Origin: Thermoleophilaceae bacterium
Lineage (GTDB): Bacteria; Actinomycetota; Thermoleophilia; Solirubrobacterales; Thermoleophilaceae
DNA: 64,000 bases
Assembly: GCA_040901445.1 (NCBI GenBank)
Contig: JBBDYQ010000004.1
Location: 133,246 to 197,245 of the forward strand
Reading direction: 5' to 3'
The notes under the pieces were generated by a model. That model made no database searches. It was not told the DNA's origin and saw only the letters and a list, made by a program, of their open reading frames with translations. The translations under genes were made by a program, and so were the position numbers. Of this stretch, positions 1 to 9,866 are shown one piece after another. Within the stretch, counting starts at the first letter, position 1. Every line of letters begins with the position of its first letter.

Positions 1-288
1 CGGCCGTGCCGATGCCGGTCGAACATGGGTCCAAGACACCCCTGCCGGGTTCACGGCTCGGGTTCAGTGGCCCTCAACGGCCGCGCGGAGGGCGGCCGCA
101 CACGGTGCAAGGAGGCACAGTGAAGCTCGAGTCTTGCAGCGCCATCGCCGGGATCCCCGGAGGTCTTCTCTAAACCGCACCCCCTGGCGGGGAGCAGGGC
201 CCGCCGTCGCCACGCAGGGCGTTCGCGCTCTGTCGCAGCGGCGGTGGGCTCCCTCCGCCGCCCCCTGGAAGAGAGGAAGACCGAACCC

Positions 289-2598
289 ATGGACATCCGA
301 CCCCGCGGCAGGCTGCGCGGCAGGCGCGTCACCGATGCGCTCGGACTGTCCGTGCTCGAGGCCGCGCTCGACTGCATCGTCATCGTGGACGCCGACGGGC
401 GGATCCTCGAGTTCAACCCGGCGGCCGAGCGCACCTTCGGCCACGCCCGCAACGCTGCGATCGGTCGTGACGCCGCCGAGCTGCTGCTGCCGCCCCGGAT
501 CAGGAGCGAGAGCCGCCGTCACTTCCTGACCGGGCCGGGCAGCCGCCGCCGCGTGGAGCTGGTGGCCATGCGCGCGGGAGGCGCCGAGTTCCCGGTCGAG
601 CTCACCAGCGCGCCCACCGACGTGTCGGGGCACGCCGCGCTCACGGCCTTCATCCGCGACATCTCAGACCGTCGTCGCGTCGAGGCGCGCGAGGCGGCCG
701 TGGCCGAGCTGGGCCGCCGCGGCCTGGAGGGCGCCGAGGTGACCGAGCTCATGCGCGACGCAGCCGACACCGTGGTCCGCGCGCTGGGCGTGGCGCTGGC
801 GGTGGCCCTCGAGTGCGAGGACGGCGGGCTCGCGCTGCGTGCATGGTCCGGGTTGCCGCTGGGCTCCGCGGCGGCAGCGGCGGGCGCGTCGAGCGACTCT
901 CCCGAGCGCGGCGAGGCGATGCGCCTGCGCGCCCCCGTGGTGGTCACCGACTGGCGCACCGAGAAGCGCTTCGAGCGACCGGCCTTCCTGCGTGACATGG
1001 GCGTGCGCAGCGGTGTGACGGTGCCGGTCGAGGGGCGCGCCGAGCCGTTCGGCGCGCTGTCGGTGTACGCCACCGAGCCAGGCCGCTTCGGCCCCGACGA
1101 CGTGCACTTCCTCCAGGCCGTCACGAACGTCCTGGCCGCCGCGATGGAGCGCGCCCGCGCGGAGGAGGAGACGATCCACCGCTCGCTGCACGACTCGCTC
1201 ACGGGCCTGCCCAACCGCGCGCTCCTGCTCGACCGCATCGGCGGCGCCGTGAACCGCGCCCGCCGCCGCCACCTCACGCCGGCTGTCTTCTTCCTCGACC
1301 TCGACAACTTCAAGGTCATCAATGACAGCCTCGGCCACCATGCGGGCGACCAGCTGCTCACGGAGGTCGCGCCGCGGCTGCGCGACGCGGTCCGCCCGGG
1401 CGACACGGTGGCGCGCTTCGGCGGTGACGAGTTCGTGGTGCTGTGCGACGACGTGCCCTCCGAGGGCGACGTGGAGGCGATCGCGGAGCGCATCCTCAGC
1501 GCGTTCGAGCGGCCCTTCGACGTGGCCGCCCGCGAGCTGTTCGTCACCCCCAGCGTGGGGATCGCGGTGGCCAGCGGGCCGGACCAGCAGCCGGCGGCGC
1601 TGATCCGCGACGCGGACGCCGCCATGTACCGCGCCAAGGAGCAGGGCCGCGGGCGCTACGAGCTCTTCGACGCCGCGATGCGCGAGCGCGTTTCCGGGCG
1701 CCTGAAGATCGAGGCGTCGCTGCGCGGCGTGGCCGACCGCGGCGAGCTGCACGCCTTCTACCAGCCGCTCGTGGAGCTCTCCGGGGGGATCGTCGGCGCC
1801 GAGGCCCTGCTGCGCTGGGAGCACCCGGTGTGGGGCTGGCTGCGCCCGGGCGAGTTCATCCCGATCGCCGAGGAGAGCGACCTGATCGTGCCGATGGGCG
1901 AGTGGATCCTGCGCGAGGCCTGCCGCCAGGCCGCCGCGTGGGGAGCCGGGCCGGCGCCCTCGCTCGCCGGGCCGCTGTCGCTGAGCGTGAACCTGTCGGC
2001 CCGTCAGCTGTCACGTCCCGAGCTGCCGCAGATGGTGGAGCGGATCGTGGGCGAAGCCGGCGTGGATCCCGGGCAGATCGCCCTGGAGATCACCGAGACC
2101 GCCCTGATGGCCGACGGCGACGCGCCGATCCGCCGGCTCCGGGCCCTCAAGGACCTCGGCCTGCAGATCGTGCTCGACGACTTCGGCACCGGCTACTCGT
2201 CGCTCACCTACCTCAGCCGCCTGCCGATCGACGTGCTCAAGCTCGACCGCTCGTTCGTGGCCCGGCTCGGGACCGAGGACGGGGCCGCCGCCGCCGCCAT
2301 CATCACGGCGGTCGTGCACATGTCCCAGGCGCTCGACCTGTCCGTGGTCGCCGAGGGCGTGGAGACGGCGGACCAGGTGGACCGCCTCGCCGACCTCGGC
2401 TGCGCCGTGGCCCAGGGCTACCACTTCGCCCGGCCGATGGCGGCGCCGGCGTTCGGCGAGCTGCTCAAGGGCGGTGCGCCGGGTGCCGATGCAACGCTCA
2501 CCGATGCTCACGCTGACCTTTCTCTTCGCCGGCCTCGTGGCCATCTGGGGCGGCCTCCTGCGCCCCCGCGCGCGCGCCTAGCGCCGCTGGAGCCCTAA
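289..2598 (+). CDS. PAS/GAF-GGDEF-EAL signalling protein (c-di-GMP cyclase/phosphodiesterase)
   Basis: ORF 244..2598. PAS-like N-terminus (IVIVDADGRILEFNPAAERTFG), GGDEF motif RFGGDEFVVL, EAL motifs EALLRWEHP and DDFGTGYSSL. In-frame ATG at 289 follows GAGAGGAAG; GTG 244 is the alternative start. Confidence 0.85.
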   Translation: MDIRPRGRLRGRRVTDALGLSVLEAALDCIVIVDADGRILEFNPAAERTFGHARNAAIGRDAAELLLPPRIRSESRRHFLTGPGSRRRVELVAMRAGGAEFPVELTSAPTDVSGHAALTAFIRDISDRRRVEAREAAVAELGRRGLEGAEVTELMRDAADTVVRALGVALAVALECEDGGLALRAWSGLPLGSAAAAAGASSDSPERGEAMRLRAPVVVTDWRTEKRFERPAFLRDMGVRSGVTVPVEGRAEPFGALSVYATEPGRFGPDDVHFLQAVTNVLAAAMERARAEEETIHRSLHDSLTGLPNRALLLDRIGGAVNRARRRHLTPAVFFLDLDNFKVINDSLGHHAGDQLLTEVAPRLRDAVRPGDTVARFGGDEFVVLCDDVPSEGDVEAIAERILSAFERPFDVAARELFVTPSVGIAVASGPDQQPAALIRDADAAMYRAKEQGRGRYELFDAAMRERVSGRLKIEASLRGVADRGELHAFYQPLVELSGGIVGAEALLRWEHPVWGWLRPGEFIPIAEESDLIVPMGEWILREACRQAAAWGAGPAPSLAGPLSLSVNLSARQLSRPELPQMVERIVGEAGVDPGQIALEITETALMADGDAPIRRLRALKDLGLQIVLDDFGTGYSSLTYLSRLPIDVLKLDRSFVARLGTEDGAAAAAIITAVVHMSQALDLSVVAEGVETADQVDRLADLGCAVAQGYHFARPMAAPAFGELLKGGAPGADATLTDAHADLSLRRPRGHLGRPPAPPRARLAPLEP

Positions 2599-2648
2599 CG
2601 CCGGAGCGCGCGGGGGCGGCCCCGGCCGCCAAGCCGCCCGAGCGCGAT

Positions 2649-2692
2649 GAACGTCCCGCAATGCGCCCTATGGGGGGCACTCCGGGACGTTC
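2649..2692. repeat. REP-like hairpin, copy A (GAACGTCCCG - 24 nt - CGGGACGTTC)
   Basis: 10-bp perfect stem between the convergent stops of the GGDEF-EAL gene (2598) and tag (2699). The arms are nearly identical to the hairpin at 43841..43893. Confidence 0.5.
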
Positions 2693-2698
2693 GATGCG

Positions 2699-3259
2699 TC
2701 AGGGGGCAGGCGGGCCGGCGCCCTCGCGCGCCCGGCACGCCGCCAGGTGGTCGTTCACCAGGCCGCATGCCTGCATGAGCGCGTACGCCGTGGTGGGACC
2801 GACGAACACGAAGCCGCGCCGCTTGAGCTCCTTGGCGAGGGCCGTGGACTCCGGGGTGATGGAGGGGATGTCCTCCGGACGCTGCGGCGCGGGCCGCGGC
2901 TCCGGTGCGAACGACCAGACCAGCGCGCCCAGCCCCTCGGGAAGGCCGGCCGCGGCGCGCGCGTTGTGGATGGCCGCGTCGACCTTGCGGCGGTTGCGCA
3001 CGATGCCGGCGTTCGCCATCAGCCGCGCGACGTCGGCCTCCCCGAAGCGCGCCACGCGCTCGATCTCGAAGCCGGCGAACGCCGCCCGGAAGCTCTCGCG
3101 CTTGCGCAGGATCGTGAGCCACGACAGCCCGCTTTGGAACGCCTCCAGCGTCAGGCGCTCGTAGAGCCTGTCGTCGCTGCGCACGGGCCGGCCCCACTCC
3201 TCGTCGTGGTAGGCGAAGTAGTCGGGCGTGGAGGACGCCCACCAGCAGCGCCCGTCCAC
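2699..3259 (-). CDS. tag: DNA-3-methyladenine glycosylase I
   Basis: ORF 2699..3280. Translation WW..PDYFAYHDEEWGRPV..LTLEAFQSGLSWLTILRKRE..IVRNRRKV is typical of Tag. The track start (TTG 3280) lies inside the palindrome, so GTG 3259 (VDGRCWW) is more likely. Confidence 0.85.
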   Translation of the reverse strand: MDGRCWWASSTPDYFAYHDEEWGRPVRSDDRLYERLTLEAFQSGLSWLTILRKRESFRAAFAGFEIERVARFGEADVARLMANAGIVRNRRKVDAAIHNARAAAGLPEGLGALVWSFAPEPRPAPQRPEDIPSITPESTALAKELKRRGFVFVGPTTAYALMQACGLVNDHLAACRAREGAGPPAP

Positions 3260-3263
3260 CAAG

Positions 3264-3317
3264 GGGGTCAGGTCTTGCAATCCAACATTTCGATGTTGGA
3301 TTGCAAGACCTGACCCC
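3264..3317. repeat. Perfect 54-nt palindrome (25-bp arms, 4-nt centre), AT-rich relative to its surroundings
   Basis: GGGGTCAGGTCTTGCAATCCAACAT-TTCG-ATGTTGGATTGCAAGACCTGACCCC. It starts 3 nt after the ctaB stop and ends 4 nt before the probable tag start. Confidence 0.85.
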
Positions 3318-3320
3318 TCC

Positions 3321-4208
3321 TCAGAGCCGGACGTCCGCCACCATCGCCCCGAACAGGAGGGCGAGGTAGGCGAGCGAGTACAGGTAGAGGCGCAGCGCCG
3401 CGCGCCGGTCCGGCCGCCGCTGCAGCCGCACCGCGCCGGCGATGAACACGCCGCCGAGCGCCACCGAGCAGGCCAGGTAGGTGAGGCCGAACGCGCCGGC
3501 GCAGAAGGGCAGCTGCGTGACCGCGTAGAGCAGGATCGAGTAGAGCAGGATCTGGCGGCGCGTCTCGCCCTCGCCGCGCACCACCGGCAGCATGGGCACG
3601 CCGGCCTTCGCGTACTCGTCCTTCATCAGCAGCGACAGCGCCCAGAAGTGCGGCGGCGTCCAGAAGAAGACGATGGCGAACAGGTAGAGCGCGGTGCCCG
3701 ACAGCGAGCCGGTGACCGCCGCCCACGCGACGAGCGGCGGGACGGCGCCCGCGGCGCCGCCGATGACGATGTTCTGCGGCGTGGAGCGCTTGAGCCAGAT
3801 CGTGTACACGAACACGTAGCCCAGGAAGCCCGAGAGCGACAGCGATGCCGCCAGCAGGTTGATGGTGAGGGCCATCAGCACGAACGACGCCGCCGCAAGG
3901 CCGATGCCGTAGGCGAGCGCGGCCCCCGGCGCGACACGGCCCGACGCCACCGGGCGGTCCGCGGTGCGGGTCATGAGGCGGTCCAGGTCGCGGTCATACC
4001 AATGGTTCACGGCCCCGGCGCCGCCGGCCGACAGCGCGCCGCCCAGGCAGGTGAGGGCCACGAGCCCCGCGGACGGGTCGCCCGCCACGAGCATGGTGGT
4101 GACGGTGGTGAAGAGCAGCAGGCTCTGCACCCGCGGCTTGGTCATCTCGAAGTAGTCACGCGCCACCTGGCGCACGGACCCGCTGGCGAGTGCGACGGCC
4201 TGCATCAT
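3321..4208 (-). CDS. ctaB: Protoheme IX farnesyltransferase (heme O synthase)
   Basis: ORF 3321..4286. MTKPRVQSLLLFTT.., WYDRDLD, FFWTPPHFWAL are CyoE/CtaB hallmarks. ATG 4208 overlaps the ctaA stop (ATGA). Confidence 0.85.
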   Translation of the reverse strand: MMQAVALASGSVRQVARDYFEMTKPRVQSLLLFTTVTTMLVAGDPSAGLVALTCLGGALSAGGAGAVNHWYDRDLDRLMTRTADRPVASGRVAPGAALAYGIGLAAASFVLMALTINLLAASLSLSGFLGYVFVYTIWLKRSTPQNIVIGGAAGAVPPLVAWAAVTGSLSGTALYLFAIVFFWTPPHFWALSLLMKDEYAKAGVPMLPVVRGEGETRRQILLYSILLYAVTQLPFCAGAFGLTYLACSVALGGVFIAGAVRLQRRPDRRAALRLYLYSLAYLALLFGAMVADVRL

Positions 4209-5197
4209 GCCGCCACCGCCTCGGTCCGCCGGGCGGGCTCGGGCACGCGGAAGAGGTTGAGCGCCAGCCCGACGAGCGAGGCCCACAGCAGCGTGCCGAG
4301 GGCGAGGTGGGTGACGATGAGCACCTCGTACTCGTCAAGCCACACGTTGAGCGCGCCCACGAGCACCTGCGTGACCAGCAGCCCCAGCGTGACCCATGCG
4401 AGCTGGGTGACCGAGCGCCCGGGCCGCCGCCGCAGCGCCGCCACCACGAGCCAGAGAACCAGCGCCGACGCGATGTACATGAACACGCGGTGGGTGAGGT
4501 GGATGTCCACCAGGCGCGCCTCGCCGAAGGGCAGGAACCCACCGTTGCAGGTGGGGAACTCCTTGCCGCAGGCGTGGTGGGCGCCGTCGCCGAGCTGGTA
4601 GTCGGCCCGGCCGTAGTTCTGCGTGCCCGCCATGTAGCCGCCCGCGACGATGGTGAGGAGGATCGCGATCGGGGCCACCACCGCCAGGCGCCGGAAGCCC
4701 CGGCTGGTGGCGGGCGGCTCCGCGCCGATGACGTCGGGCCGCGACGCGCGCCAGATGTACATGACCAGCGCGAGCAGCAGCATGGCCAAGCCGAGGTGGG
4801 CGGCCACCAGCTCCTCCTCCAGGTTCTCCTCCACCACGACCGCGCCGAGCAGCCCCTGCAGGACCACGAGCACGCCGGCCGCCACGGCCGCGCGAAGGAT
4901 GCCGCGGTGCTCGGGAAAGCGCCGCCACGCCATCCAGGCGAGCGCGAACATCATCAGCCCGACGATGCCGGCCACCACGCGGTGGGTGTACTCGATGACC
5001 GAGTTGAGGTCGAGACCCGGGACCACATCGCCGTTGCAGAACGGCCAGCCGTGGAAGCCGCTGCCCGCCGGGCCGCAGCCCAGCCCGGAGTCCGACACGC
5101 GCACGATGCCGCCGATGACGATCAGGACGAAGGTGAGGGCGACGGTCGCGAGCGCGAGCCGCCGGAAGGCGGGCGAGGGGGCGGACATCGGCCGCAC
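4205..5197 (-). CDS. ctaA: Heme A synthase (COX15/CtaA family)
   Basis: 330-aa polytopic membrane ORF with paired Cys (GLGCGP..WPFCNG) and HR motifs (YTHRVVAG, HLTHRV), directly upstream of ctaB. Confidence 0.8.
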   Translation of the reverse strand: MRPMSAPSPAFRRLALATVALTFVLIVIGGIVRVSDSGLGCGPAGSGFHGWPFCNGDVVPGLDLNSVIEYTHRVVAGIVGLMMFALAWMAWRRFPEHRGILRAAVAAGVLVVLQGLLGAVVVEENLEEELVAAHLGLAMLLLALVMYIWRASRPDVIGAEPPATSRGFRRLAVVAPIAILLTIVAGGYMAGTQNYGRADYQLGDGAHHACGKEFPTCNGGFLPFGEARLVDIHLTHRVFMYIASALVLWLVVAALRRRPGRSVTQLAWVTLGLLVTQVLVGALNVWLDEYEVLIVTHLALGTLLWASLVGLALNLFRVPEPARRTEAVAA

Positions 5198-5228
5198 AGG
5201 TTAGGCCACCCGCGCGCGGCGCGGCGCG

Positions 5229-5759
5229 TCAGCCGGTGGCGCTCATCGGCGTGCTCGGAGGCACGATCTCGACCACCCTCATCCTCAGCGAGCGGCGGCT
5301 GGGCAGCTCGACCGTGACCACCGCGCCGGTGGCGGCGCCCATCAGCGCCCTTCCCATTGGGGAGGCCGCGGACACGAAGTCGCGGTCGATGGCCTCGTGC
5401 GCCCCGCCGATCCGGTAGGAGCTGACCTTGCCGGAGCCCAGGTCCTCGACAGTCACCCTGGAGCCGACCATCGCCATGTCGCCGCCGGTCGCGGGATCGA
5501 CGACCACCGCGCGCGCGAGGACGTCCTCGAGTGACGCGATCCGGGCTTCCAGGATGGCCTGGTCGTCGCGGACGGCCCCGTGGTCGTCGTTGTTGGAGTC
5601 AGCGCCGAAGTCGTTGGCCTCGCGCAGCCGCTGGGAGATCTCGTCACGGCCGGCGTCCCGCAGCCGCTCGAGCTCGGCCCGCAGCTCGTAGGCGCCGGCG
5701 GGGGTCATGAGCAGGGCCGAGGCGTGCGCCCCGCCGTTTCCTGGGTTCGTGGAGTCCAT
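5229..5759 (-). CDS. GreA/GreB-family transcription elongation factor homologue
   Basis: Only the last 176 codons of track ORF 5229..6980 look genuine. Coiled-coil N-half (YELRAELERLRD..) and Gre C-domain (VGSRVTVEDLGSGKVSSYRIGG..VSAASPMGRALMGA..G..V). ATG 5759 is supported by leader similarity to 7509; ATG 5708 is the alternative. Confidence 0.75.
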   Translation of the reverse strand: MDSTNPGNGGAHASALLMTPAGAYELRAELERLRDAGRDEISQRLREANDFGADSNNDDHGAVRDDQAILEARIASLEDVLARAVVVDPATGGDMAMVGSRVTVEDLGSGKVSSYRIGGAHEAIDRDFVSAASPMGRALMGAATGAVVTVELPSRRSLRMRVVEIVPPSTPMSATG

Positions 5760-5789
5760 GGCCGGATCATTGCCGCGCCCCGCGGCGGC

Positions 5790-5800
5790 GGGAATGGGTG
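5790..5800 (-). promoter_or_regulatory. CACCCATTCCC upstream motif, copy 1
   Basis: Reverse complement of gggaatgggtg. Exactly 30 nt separate it from ATG 5759. Confidence 0.5.
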
Positions 5801-5830
5801 AAAAGGTCCATTTCCGGCCGTGCGGGCCGC

Positions 5831-7509
<1,679 letters not shown>

Positions 7510-7539
7510 GCGGTGAGGATCGCCGCGTCCGGCGGCTCC

Positions 7540-7550
7540 GGGAATGGGTG
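7540..7550 (-). promoter_or_regulatory. CACCCATTCCC upstream motif, copy 2
   Basis: Identical 11-mer, 30 nt from ATG 7509. The flanks are also similar to copy 1. Confidence 0.5.
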
Positions 7551-7651
7551 AAAAGGTGCAAGTCACAGGGCCCCGGTTCCCCTTGGTCCCCGTTGCCAAT
7601 CCCGCCCGCGGCGAGGCAATGCACATGTCTGGCGCCTGAACTGCGCACTGC

Positions 7652-7662
7652 CACCCATTCCC
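7652..7662 (+). promoter_or_regulatory. CACCCATTCCC upstream motif, copy 3
   Basis: Identical 11-mer on the + strand, 31 nt before ATG 7694. Confidence 0.5.
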
Positions 7663-7693
7663 GGACGGGGTCGGAGAGCCCAGACTAAGTGGC

Positions 7694-8038
7694 ATGCAGC
7701 AGGTATCCATTCGGTGTCACCCATACGCTCCGGTCTCCACCGAGGAGCTGGAGCAGTGGCTCAGCCGTGAGGTCGAGCGGCTCCGGGCGGCAGCTCCCCA
7801 GGCGGCCTTCCGGTTGCTCCGTCTCACCCAGACGGTGCCCACAGGCGAGATGGATGTGGGGTGGCTGATCGAGCTCGACGCCGCCGGCGGCGAGCCCCCG
7901 TTCGACAGGGACGAACTGGCCGCGGTGCTCCGGGACATGCGCCTGCTGGGCCTTCAGCCCACGGTGCTGCGGGCATCTTCAGGGGGCGAGGACGCGGTGG
8001 GCGCGAACGTGAACGGAGGGGGCTCATGGTCCCGCTGA
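7694..8038 (+). CDS. Small protein, unassigned family B, copy 1 (114 aa)
   Basis: Track ORF with ATG start and coding-like GC3. Paralogous to 10497..10847. First gene of a coupled string leading into usp. Confidence 0.55.
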   Translation: MQQVSIRCHPYAPVSTEELEQWLSREVERLRAAAPQAAFRLLRLTQTVPTGEMDVGWLIELDAAGGEPPFDRDELAAVLRDMRLLGLQPTVLRASSGGEDAVGANVNGGGSWSR

Positions 8039-8217
8039 CGGCCGGAGGCATAACGAGGAGGATGCTTCTCCCCGCGCTCGTGGTGGCTTGCGGCTTCCTG
8101 CTGCTCGATGCGTCGCCTGGAATCGGGTGGGCGGTGATCGTCTTCGGCGCGTGGCTCGCCGCAGGCGCGGGCGGGCGCCGGAGACGACCTCCGGGCGCCC
8201 CTTCGGTGCGGCCGTGA
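8026..8217 (+). CDS. Small two-TM membrane protein (63 aa)
   Basis: ATG 8026 follows GGAGGGGG and overlaps the end of the previous gene. Two hydrophobic stretches (LLPALVVACGFLLL, GWAVIVFGAWLAAG). Its stop overlaps the usp GTG (GTGA). Confidence 0.4.
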   Translation: MVPLTAGGITRRMLLPALVVACGFLLLDASPGIGWAVIVFGAWLAAGAGGRRRRPPGAPSVRP

Positions 8218-8753
8218 GCACCACATCAATCCACGGTGGGAAGCCGGCACGGCGCTCGATCATCGCCGGGGTCGACGGCTCGCGTCAGTCCGTGCGAGCC
8301 GCGGCAGTGGCCGCGTCGCTGGCTCGCGGACTCGAGCGGCGCCTGGTCCTGGTCCATGTGGCGGCGGACCCGCCCGTGTTCCCGTATGGGGACCTCCGGG
8401 TTCGCGAGGCACAGCGCCGGCGACTGGTCCGCCGCGGCCTCGCGCTGCTGGCTGTCGCCGCGTCCGAGATCCGGGAGGAGCAAGCTCGCCGCCGTGTGGT
8501 TCTATCGGGGATCGCCCACGGCGGGCTGCAGGAGCGCCTGGACGCGGTGGCCCGTGAGGAGCACGCCGACCTGCTGGTGGTCGGCGCGAGGGGCCGACAC
8601 CCGGTGGCGCGCGCCCTCCTCGGAAGCCCGTCCACTCCGATGGGCGGCACTGGATCCTGTCCCGTGCTCGTGGTCCCCCCGGGCGATGGCGATCCCTTCG
8701 CCGGGCGCGAGCGGCCGCGCGTGGCCGGGCTCGAGCCGGCTCAGCAGACCTGA
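8214..8753 (+). CDS. Universal stress protein (UspA family)
   Basis: Tail of ORF 8088..8753. IIAGVDGS..LVLVHV..ADLLVVGARG..GS.S......CPVLVV is the Usp pattern. The start is inferred from the GTGA overlap. Confidence 0.8.
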   Translation: MSTTSIHGGKPARRSIIAGVDGSRQSVRAAAVAASLARGLERRLVLVHVAADPPVFPYGDLRVREAQRRRLVRRGLALLAVAASEIREEQARRRVVLSGIAHGGLQERLDAVAREEHADLLVVGARGRHPVARALLGSPSTPMGGTGSCPVLVVPPGDGDPFAGRERPRVAGLEPAQQT

Positions 8754-8756
8754 TCG

Positions 8757-9866
8757 ATGCCCCCGCGCGGACGCGATCCCTCGATCGAGCCCACAATGGG
8801 GGCCACGGTGTCCGTTCAGCGACCACTCCCCGCGCGAGCCGGCGCGCCCCCCGGGGTTTCGTCCAAGCGCGTGCCCGCGGCTTCACGCCAGGGTGGGGTC
8901 TCCCTGCTCTGGCGCCTGTTCGCCGCCAACGGCGCCGTGCTCGCCCTGGCCGTGCTCCTGCTGGCCATCACCCCGATCACGATCACCGCCCCGGTCGCCA
9001 CGCTCGAGCAGGTGTCGATCCTGCTGGTGGGGCTTGCCGTCATGCTCGCGATCGACCTCGTCCTGCTGCGGCGCGTGCTCTCTCCCCTGCACCGCCTCAC
9101 CGCGCTGATGCGGGCGGTGGACCCGGACCGGCCAGGCCGCAGGCTCGACGACGTCGCCCTGCGCGAGGCCGAGGTGGCGGAGCTCGCCGGGGCCTTCAAC
9201 GAGATGCTCGACCGCCTCGAGGCGGAACGGCGCGAGAGCGCGCGCGTGGTTCTGGCCGCCCAGGAGCGGGAACGCCTGCGGGTGGCGCGTGAGCTGCATG
9301 ACGAGATCGGCCAGACCCTGACGGCGGTGACGCTCAAGGCCGAGCGCGCCGCCGGCGGCGGGACGGCGGACCCCCACGAGTTTCACCGCATCGCGGACGA
9401 CATCCGGGCGAGCCTTGACGACGTGCGCCGGATCGCGCGCGAGCTGCGCCCCGAGGCGCTCGACGACCTCGGGCTGGTGAACGCCCTGATCACCCTCTGC
9501 GCACGGGTGGGCGAGCAGGGAGAGCTGCGCGTGCAGCGGCGCTTCGCAGGCGGCCTGCCCTCGCTCGGCCCCGAGGCCGAGCTGGTGGTGTACCGCGTGG
9601 CCCAGGAGAGCCTCACCAACGTGGTACGGCATGCGAAGGCCGCAAGCGCGACCGTTTCCCTGGGGCTGGAGGGAGAGGACGTCGTCCTGCGCGTGCGCGA
9701 CGACGGTCGCGGGCTTCCGGACGAGCTGCCAAAGGGCACGGCCGGCATCGGCGGCATGCGGGAGCGGGCCCTGCTCGTGGGCGGGGCGCTGGCCATCTCA
9801 TCCGAGCCCGGGAGGGGCACCGAGGTCGTGCTCGAGGTCCCGGCGGCGGCGGGGGAAGGCGCGTGA
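8757..9866 (+). CDS. Sensor histidine kinase (HisKA_3, NarX/DesK type) with two TM segments and a very short outer loop
   Basis: H-box RVARELHDEIGQTLTAV, ATPase motifs (VVRHA, DDGRG, GIGGMRERA). The N-terminus has two hydrophobic helices about 10 aa apart. Confidence 0.85.
   Translation: MPPRGRDPSIEPTMGATVSVQRPLPARAGAPPGVSSKRVPAASRQGGVSLLWRLFAANGAVLALAVLLLAITPITITAPVATLEQVSILLVGLAVMLAIDLVLLRRVLSPLHRLTALMRAVDPDRPGRRLDDVALREAEVAELAGAFNEMLDRLEAERRESARVVLAAQERERLRVARELHDEIGQTLTAVTLKAERAAGGGTADPHEFHRIADDIRASLDDVRRIARELRPEALDDLGLVNALITLCARVGEQGELRVQRRFAGGLPSLGPEAELVVYRVAQESLTNVVRHAKAASATVSLGLEGEDVVLRVRDDGRGLPDELPKGTAGIGGMRERALLVGGALAISSEPGRGTEVVLEVPAAAGEGA

Noticed and set aside
18-33. gtcgaacatgggtcc at the left edge as another LexA-like half site.
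   Set aside because: Only the CGAAC half is present and the second half does not match GTTCG.
120-173. 17-codon mini-ORF (VKLESCSAIAGIPGGLL) with a good AAGGAGG site, upstream of the GGDEF-EAL gene.
   Set aside because: It is too short to evaluate. It has a GTG start, no recognisable leader-peptide logic (no codon runs) and no alternative hairpins that I could see.
5790-5800. Reading the motif on the opposite strand as a SigB/SigF-type -10 (GGGAAT / GGGTGA).
   Set aside because: In that orientation copy 1 would fire antisense into the 3' end of gdhA. No GTTT-like -35 sits 14-17 nt upstream. The constant 30-31 nt spacing to start codons exists only in the other orientation.
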